DNA of 34,389 nt from an uncultured Acutalibacter sp. GTDB taxonomy: Bacteria > Bacillota > Clostridia > Oscillospirales > Acutalibacteraceae. Made by a program: the position numbers and the translations under genes. Every line of letters starts with the position of its first letter. Position 1 is the first letter of the stretch. The stretch covers positions 12,576-46,964 of the forward strand of contig CAZBDS010000001.1 in NCBI GenBank assembly GCA_964490735.1, given 5' to 3'. Positions 19,501-28,500 of the stretch are shown here, piece by piece. The notes under the pieces are model-generated. The model saw only the letters and a program-made list of their open reading frames with translations, did not search any database and was not told where the DNA came from.

Positions 19501-22500
19501 AACCCGGTAGGGATTGGCCTTGGCAGTATCCTTGGTGCTGTCGTTCCCGGCCATGGGATCCACCCCTTCGGGGTTGACCAGCGCAGCGGTGCCTTCCACC
19601 TCGGTGCCGGTGATCCGGGCCTTGACCATAGAAGTCGTACTGACTTTCGGGCCGTCCACGTCCCAGGCCAGCAGATCAAGGGTCAGGGTCATATCGCCGT
19701 TCGCGGTCTCCAGCAGAAGTCCGCTGTTGTCGCTGAGCATCTTGGCGGCGCTGTTGCCCGCATACGGGGTAGTAGACAGCTCCACGTGGGGACTCTTGTT
19801 GAAAGCGATATATTCTCTGCCGTTGCTCAGCGGGATCGGATCGGTCCACGCCTTGCCCGCGGGCAGGTAGTCGGTCAGCCGGTTCTTCGTCGTGCCGCCG
19901 ATGGTGGTTTCCCAGCTGTACTGCTGATTGGTCAGGCCCACCTCAGCCGCCTGGGCGGAGGAGTACTTCACCCCAAAGCCGGACTGCTTGACGATATAAG
20001 TCTTGCCCAGCAGGCCTTCTACGCCCTTGCCGGCGTCCTGGCCACCGTACCCGTCGTTCCGGGTTCTGGCGCCGTTAGAGCGGATCTCTTCCACAAACAC
20101 CTGATACTCGTAGAGCGTGGACAGGTTGTTCCAGGTAGCCTTGGCGCCCTCGGCGTTGATGACCTTGGTCTCAACGGGCACCTGAGAAGTGCCCGAGGAA
20201 CACCATTTGGTGTAATCGGTGACCTCCTGGGGCTTGCCGTTGGCATCCTTCTTTGAGGGGTCAAAGGCCTTCAGCGTCAGGAAATACTTCTGATAGCGTT
20301 CCATAACGCTGCTGTTGCGCTCCATGGTCACTGTGATGGTGCCGCTGAACTCATCTCCCGCGCCGTCACCGCAGCTGGCGGTGTACTTCAATCCGGTGGG
20401 GAACCGGGGATAGGTCATGGTTTCGGAGAACAGCATTTCGTACCCGCTGCTGGTCTTCAGCTGATCCATCTTGTCCAGGGTGGATTCTCCCGTGGATCCT
20501 GAGGTATCGGCCTTGACCGCGTCGTAGTATTCCTTGCTGACCGCCACGCAGGTAGAGCCTATGCCCGCCTCGTTGACGAACGCGTAGCTGTAAACATTCA
20601 GCGCATCGCCGGTAAAGTTGGCGGCGGAATCCACGTAAGTGCACGCGTCTTCGGGAGAAATGGGCCGGTCGGAGTTCAGGCATCTGCCGTTGCGATACAG
20701 CAGCACGCCTTCCACGTCGCTGGAGGGAGCGTCCCAAACCAGCACTACGGGATCCATTGGCGACTCCTGCTCCTTAAAGTAGAGCGTGTTGGCGGGAGGC
20801 GCGGCCGGACTTACCAGAATGCTTGTAATGCTGTTGCTGTCCAGCGAGGTGCTGATCATATCCTTGTTCCGGGCCGCAACCTGCATGTAGTATCTCATGC
20901 CGGCCTGGAGGCCGCGGACATAGATAACTTTCCGTCCGTCCGCGGTATCTTCCAGCGTAGCCCACTCTCCGTCGTTGGCCTGTTCTGCGTTGGCCATGTT
21001 GGAGGAGGTGGAGTAGTACACCAGATATTCGGTATAGTCCGGGTTCCCGTTGGGAAGCACCTCCAGCGCCACCTTTTTGGTGTACTCGCCGGGAGTATCC
21101 TCCGCCCGGGCGCCGTTGGCCGCCGGGACATTTGCCCTGGTGTAAACGGTGCTGCTCGCCGGGGCACTTAGGTTGCCCACTTGGTCACGGGTCTGCACGT
21201 ACACGGTGTACTGGGTGTTGGGCAGCAGCTCGATCTCCTCCATAGAGCCCTCTACAAAGATGCCCGTGAAGGAAATGGAGTTCGTGTTCAGCCAGTCGCT
21301 CCAGGCGCTGGTGTTCACGCCGTCACTGATGCGGAAGCGGTAGGGCTTTTCGGCCAGCTTGCCGCTGGCGTCCTTTACGTTGTTCGCCACCGCTTGGATC
21401 CGGTGCTTCGTTACAGCGCTGCCAACCGTTCGCTTTGTGAAGGTAGCTTCCACTGTGGTGTTGGCGCTCAGGTTCCGCAGGGTATAGGAGGACACAGCGC
21501 CCAGATGGATTGCTTCCTTGCCGCCATCCGGCCTAATGATTACGTCGCTGATCCTGGCTCCCTCTTTGGGAGTGATCTGGACATTCAGCACCGATCCTTC
21601 GGGCACATAGTTGGTATTCAGTCCGCCTTCAATGGGCTCCCCTTCTGTAAAGCCGACAGAACCGCTTCCGTAAGCTTCCGAAGTAACCCAATATGTCTGG
21701 CGCACGAAGGTCGCCACGATGGTTCCGTTGCTGGCAGGGTTCGTCAGGGGGTACTCGTACACTCTCTGGCCCTGTTCATTGATGGTGGGGGTCAAGGAAG
21801 CTGCGTAGTCAATTTCCTTCTGGCCGTCCTGGGTCTCCTGCGTGACCACCAGGGAATCCAGCCGGTAGGTGGCCTCCGCCGTAATCTTGAAGGTGCGGCT
21901 GCCGGAAGCGGGCACCAGAGTCTCTCCCAGGGGATCGATAGTGCCGTGGTAAATTTCCACCGACTCGCCGTCCTCAGTACGGATCTCGGGAACCACGCTG
22001 GTGGTAAAGGCGTAAGCGTCGTCCAGATCGGCCACGTTGAATTTAACTTCCGCCGTCAGGCCGGGATCGTCTCCCGTGCCGCTGTAGGCGGGAACCGTAT
22101 ATTGATACGTGGCTACGGCGCTGGTGTTGTTCTCCAGCACGATTTCGCCCTCAATGGTCAGGGATTCCGTCATATATTCGGTGCTGACAGGCGCCATCTG
22201 GAATTCGATGACGCTGCCTTCCGGCACGCTGTATTCCATCTCACGTTTGGCCGGATCGGTCCTGACGGGAGACAGGTCCGTAAGCCTTACGGTGCCGCTG
22301 TCGGAATACCGGATGGTCAGAGTGCGGTAATCCACCGCAACGAAGTGTGCGTTGATGGTGGAGTTCTTCACGACCTTCAGCTCACCCACATAGCCGTTGC
22401 CTTCCTTAACCAGGGTGGAAACGTCGATGGGTTCGCCGGAAATCGTGACGGAGTCGATCTTGTAGCCTTCGCCGGGAATCAGCTTGTAGCGCATGATCTG

Positions 22501-25500
22501 TCCGGCCGGCACGGTGACCTGGCTGTCAGAGGTTTGATCCTCGTAGGTCAGCTCTGCCTCGCCGCCGGGTACGCTGGGGAAGGTTACCGTAAAGAGCTCT
22601 TCCTCGCCGGGCTCCGGATCGGGCTCGGTCCCGGGGTCAATTTCCGTTCCGGGGTCGGTTTCCGTTCCGGAATCGGCCGCGGCGGGCTCTTCCTCGGCCT
22701 TGTCTGCGGTCTCCGTGCTGGCGCGGGCTGCCTGCATGGAGAAGAAGCTGCCGCGGCTCTTCACCATATACGCGTTCAGCCGCTGTCCCTCCGGCAGGAA
22801 CTCCGCCGACAGGATACCGTCATAGACGATATTCTGGATCTCAAAGTAGTACGCTTCCCTGACAGAATCATATTGCAGGTCGGCTTCCTTGTCGCCGTCG
22901 GGCTCGCGGCTCAGCTCGGTGCTGATAGTCATACCGCCGCCGAGCTTCTGGGTATAGGTCACCGTACCCAGCTGCATGCCCTCGTTGGGGAAGAAGTAGA
23001 ATCTCCGGCTCTCGCCCGTGGGGACAAACAGCACCGGATTGGCGCCGTCGGCCGCCTGGCTCAGGGAGTGGTCCGCCTGCTCCATTCTGATCTTCCCGTT
23101 CTCAGAGCGGTAGTTCAGCTCGATGCCGTACTCGCTGAAGATCTCCGTGCGCTCGGAGGTGGCGGTCAGGTCAGGTCCGGGAGTATCTGGGCCCACACGG
23201 TCGATGATAACCGTGGTAGTCTGCCTGTCAAGGGTCTCGTTGCCGGCAGCGTCCATGGCCTTCACGCGGACCGTATACTCGCCGGTCTGATCAAAGGTGA
23301 CAGACTGAGGCTGGGTAATGGGCCCTTTCTTGATCCAATCCTTGCCGTTGATGTAGTAGTAGAAATTGGCACTGCTCTCGTTGGCGTCATAGGCGCGCTC
23401 AATGTACATGGTTACGCCGTCGGACAGCTCGCCCGAATGATAGGTTGTGCCGCTGCCTTCGCCGTTTGCTTCGTTGACAAAGCTGACACGGATAGGCGAC
23501 TGGTCGTTGGCGTCGCTGTCATCGCCGTCGGGAGCGATGTGGTCGATAGTGAAGGTGATCTTCCGCTCGACGCTTTCACAGCCCGCGCCGTTGAGCACCG
23601 TGGCGGTAACCTCGTACAGACCGTCCTCTTCCATGCTCAGGATCTCCGAGGCGGGAATGGTGGCGGACCTGACGGAATTGGGTTCGCCGTCGGCGTCAGA
23701 ACGGTATCTCCAGTGCTTGACGGTATACTTCACATTGGCCACACCGGTCAGGTCGGCCTGGCCGTAAACATCCTGATACTGCACCGTGCCGCCGCTGGCC
23801 ACCTCCACCAGCTTGCCGCTGGAGGTGGTGTATCGCGCCTGCCTGGGCGTAAACTGGATCGTCACCTGGGTGTTGGCAAAGAAATCCAACTCAGAGGACT
23901 GCACGTCCTGGGTGGTCTTGCCGCCGGTGATGGGCGTGTAGGTGCTGTCGAAGGCGGCCGAGTTCCCGATGTACGCCACCCGCTTGTTCATGGCGTTGGT
24001 AGCTGTGATCTCGGGAGGCATGGGCCTGGAAACGGAAAGCTTAATGTCTTCGACCCTAGTCTTGGTGCTGGTGTTGGGGTACACCGGGGAAGACCCGGTG
24101 CCCACGTTGATGGTCCTGCCCAGCCGAGTCGCTTCCGAACTGGAGAAGGTCTGGTTGTCGTAAGCAAAGATCGCCACGTTCAGCGAGTCGGTGGGCGTGT
24201 TGAGCATGGAGGTATCCCTAATGTAGATGTCGCCTCCGGCAGCGGGCAGAAGATTCAGCGTGCCGTTGTCGCGGCTAAGAGTGCTTACAGCCGCGCTCCG
24301 CTTAGCGGTAGAAGGCGTATAGGGATAGTAGGACACCTCGGTGCCGGCCTGGCCCACACCGTTTATCTTGTTGCGCTCGTAGAAGTAGTAACCGTAGCCG
24401 GCCACCTCGCCCTCGCGGTCGGTAGAGCCGTCCACGTGGATCTTGATGTACCGCGTGCCGTCGGTCATGTCGGTGTAGTTGCTGGCCTCGTAGTTTACAA
24501 ACTCGGTGCCGTTAAAGGTCTGGCTTTCCACGCTCTGGGCGGTGGGGGCGTTTTCGTCCTGCTTGTAGAAGATGGCCCGGGCGGAGTTGTCTTCAATGTT
24601 GTGGGGGGTGGAAATCCCCTTGTTGATGTCCTCCTGGGTAAGGCCCCTGGCCGTCTCGGTGAGCTGCAGCACTATGTTGTTGCCCTTGGTCACGCGGCTC
24701 TTGATAAAGTCCACGTTCACGTTCCAGGCGCCGTAGGCGTTGCCGTTGGGATCCACATAGTTCGAGTCCACGGTTACGCCGGCGGCAGGCTGGTTCAGCG
24801 CAGTGTTCCAGGTAAGAACGGTGGTGCCGCTGGTGCTTCCATAGTGCCAGTTGTTATTGCTGTCCTTATAAAGGTTTTGGTAAGCGCCGCCGTTCAGCGC
24901 AATTTTCCAGGAAGCACTGAAGGTCTTCTGCTGGGTCTGCTTGCTCTTGCGCTCCAGAACAACGGACTGGTTGGTGGTTTTGGCGGTGTCGTACAGGTTT
25001 ACCGTAGAAGGAGTAAAGGCCGGCAGGGGGGCATAAGTAACCTGGGCGTTGCCAGTCAGGTTCTGCTGGCACACCTTGCTTTCGGTGCTGCTGGTTTTGG
25101 CCGGCTCATAGCTGTAGCCCACAAAGGTCTTTCCGTCGGCGGAGTAATTGGCCTGCCGGTGGGTTACGGTGTCGGTAACCTTCTCGTACACGGTGAGCAC
25201 CGCGCCATCGGGCAGCTTGTCAAAATAGTTCTTGCCGCTGCTGTGGTTCCTGCCCAGGGTGGTCAAGTGGCCGTTGGTCAGGTCATGGATACTCATGCCG
25301 TCCAGCTGGGAGATATTATCCAGCCAGCCGCCGGACTCCGCGAAAGCGCCCATTTTGGACGTGCCGCTCTCCGTATAGCTTGCCAGCAGCTCCCAGCGCC
25401 ATTGGGTGCGGGAAATGCCGTTAAGCTGCGCGTTGTTGTAGGTGGTCTCGCGCTTTACCCGGTTCCCGTTCACGGTCTCGTAGTACTCGTAGGTATAATC

Positions 25501-28500
25501 TCCGCCCTGGGGCTGTGCCTCGCCGGGGGTCAGGTTGGTATCGGGATCGTAGGAAGAATCGGTAAAGGTAATTATATTATCCGTGCTGACGCTGCCGCTG
25601 AACTGAGCCACCGGCGGACTGTTTACGATAAAGTCGAAGATACAGGTGGGATCCGACGGATCCAGGGTGTTGTTCCTCACCTTTTCCGCGTCGGGGGCAA
25701 AGTATACTGTATACCGGCCGGGCTTTGTCACCTTAAGGTCCAGGGCGTCGGAGTACTTCCCACTGCGGGAGCTCTGCTCGATGGTGTCGGTGTCGTAGCC
25801 GGTAAGGTCGTGCACAATATACCAGCGGCCCTGGGGGAAGTCGGGGTTGGCGGAGGAGGTGTTGTACTTTGCCGGGGTAACGCTGAGCTGAATGTTGGCG
25901 ATATCGTCGGCGGAGAACACCGTGCCCTTGCCGTTTACGCTGTCTTCGCTGCCCAGCTTGCCCGCCACCTGGTTGATAATGGGGGTAGAGCTGTTGGCAT
26001 CGTAGCCGAAGGCCTCGTAATACTGCTGGGTGATGTAGGTGGCCGCGGTTTCAACCATATTCGTGCGGATCACTGTGGCATTGCCGGAGCTGGCTCTGGT
26101 TACGTAGGTGCCTTCGCCCTCCACGCGCTCGATAAACTTTTCGGTAATGCTCCGGTTGCTGGAGCGGCCCCAGCCGATCAGCTTGGCCTGGTCGTTGAGC
26201 AGGCGCCACTGGATCTGGGTGGAAAGCACCGGGTCGTTAAAGTCCGCAGAGGACTTGTCGGACAGGTACATGATGAACTTGGCCTTGCCGCCGCCCCACT
26301 GGGGTTCGTTTACCACTTCGGAAAGCTTTCTGGCTTTATCCATGGTCAAGTCCAGGTTGGAGAAGATGGCCAGAGAGTCTTTCGGACAGCCATGGCCGGT
26401 GGACTTGGCGGAGATCATGGGGCCGAAGCCGTAACAGTTGGAATCGTCGTGAGGGGTGGGATCTTCGCTTTCGCTCGTGCCGATCCGGATCCCGTCTACG
26501 GTGGGACGGGGAGCGTTGATATTGGGGCTGAGAGTGCCAGAACCGGAAGCGCCGCTGCCGGAACCGCTGAAGCTGCTGTACCAGTTTACCAGGGTATACC
26601 GGCTGGTGGTGGCAGTAGAGGGGAAGGTCACGCCTGTCCGGTTTTTCGCGTTCTCCCAGTCGGGCCAGTCGCTGTTGAACTTGGCGGCCAGCTGGGCTGG
26701 CGTCCTGTCGCTGCTGCCGGTGTTATACACGTACAGCTGAACGTTGCTGCCGTTCAGGATCAGGCGGAAGTGCCGCTTGGAGTTGGCGGTGGTATCGGGC
26801 TTGGAGAAGCCGATGGTTTCAATCTTCTGGCCGTTGCTGCCGGACCAGTTGGTCATGTTGATGCACAGGTCCTCCAGCATATTGGTTGTGGAAGTTATCT
26901 TGGTATAATCGCCGGAACGCATCAGCGCGCCGTCGGCAAACCAGTCCAGGTTCAGGTCGGTAAACTTAAAGATAAACCAGTTGTATTCGGGCATGGTCTC
27001 CGGGCCGCCCATCATAAAGGCGTAGCCGGAAATAACCCAGGTGCCGGCCTGGTTCTGGCGAATGGTGGTGTTAAACAGGAAGCCGAAGCCGTCGTTGGCG
27101 TGGGGGACACAGTAGGTGTCGTCCACAGAGAAGGCGATCTCTTTCTGGGTGGGCTGGTCCACGTTCAGGAACAGCCAGTCGCGGAAGGAGCCGTACTGGT
27201 AGCCCAGGCCGTAAATCTCCTTCATTCTTTCTTTGGTGTCGTTGGGGTCGTCGGAGCCGGTCAGGTCAGCGGTTTTGTAGGAAGCGCCGTTCGTCCAGGT
27301 ACGGCTGGTGGCATAGGTCATATCCACCATGTGGTAAATTCTCCGGACTACGGTGGCAAAGTCCGACGCGGAGGAGCCGTAAGAAGTCCAATCGGATTCA
27401 CCGGTCGAAGTCGTGCCGGCACCCTTGATGAACTTGCCGGCCTGGGTCCAGGAATCTCCCAGAGGATTGCTGAAATTGAGGTAGGTGGCGGCAGCCGACC
27501 TGCTGCTTCCCAAAGACTGATTTACACTCACACTTACTCCCGAGTTGTACGCCCAGCTCCAATTGTTGACAGGGGGAGCGGCAGGATACCGGAAGTTGGC
27601 CGCATACCTTGTATAAATGGAAGCCGCCGTGTTATTCACCAAATCCGCGGCGCCACCACTCCAATTGGTTACGCCGTCAGAATTGGCGGGGGTGGGGCTC
27701 TGGCTTGCCAGCATCTGGCTGACCGAGCTGTAGCTCCTGGTCTGGCCCATGTATACCACGCGGTCCTGAGACTTGGTATAGCGCGTAACGCCGCCGGTCG
27801 TCTTGTAGGTGGCGCCGGTGGGGTCGCCGGCCAGGTTGGTGTGGATATAGCTGGCGTTGTCGATTACCACCGTGGGAATGGTCTTTGTTCCGCTGCCGGT
27901 GCTGATCCGCATGTACTGGGTGTGGTCGTAGCGCACCCAGCCCTTCATATCGCTGTTGCCGGAAATACCCTGCACATTTACCATTTCGGGGGTGAAATAC
28001 TCGTAATGGTTGGGGTTGTTCTTATCGGCATAGGGGCAGCCGGACTGAGAGCAGGCGCCCGTGCAGGAAGCGTCGGTGCTGCCGTCGGGATTTTTCCAAG
28101 TGCAGGTATGGCTTGCGATCCGGGTGTAAGCCGGAGAGCTGGTACCGTAATATTTGGCGTTGATCTTTAGGGCCGCAGCATTCTTGATCTGCGCGGGCAG
28201 TATCTTGGTGTCGGATTCATCCACGTTGCCCATGGCTATGGCCACTTCAATGCCCTCGTGGTCCAGCGCGGAGGTGGGCCCGGGGGTGTCGCCAATGGTA
28301 CGCATTACCGCCGCGGAAGACACGGCAGATTCGTTTGTAAGGGTGTCGGAAGCGCGCACCACAACAGAGGTGTAGTCATCGTTGCCTAACCCCGAAAGAT
28401 TTACGCCCGCCTGATAGTAGAACTTGGCGCCGTCGCCGGTGTACACCCCGTCTTCCCACGCGGAAACGTATTCGGTGGTGTTATCCAGGGCAATTTTCTT

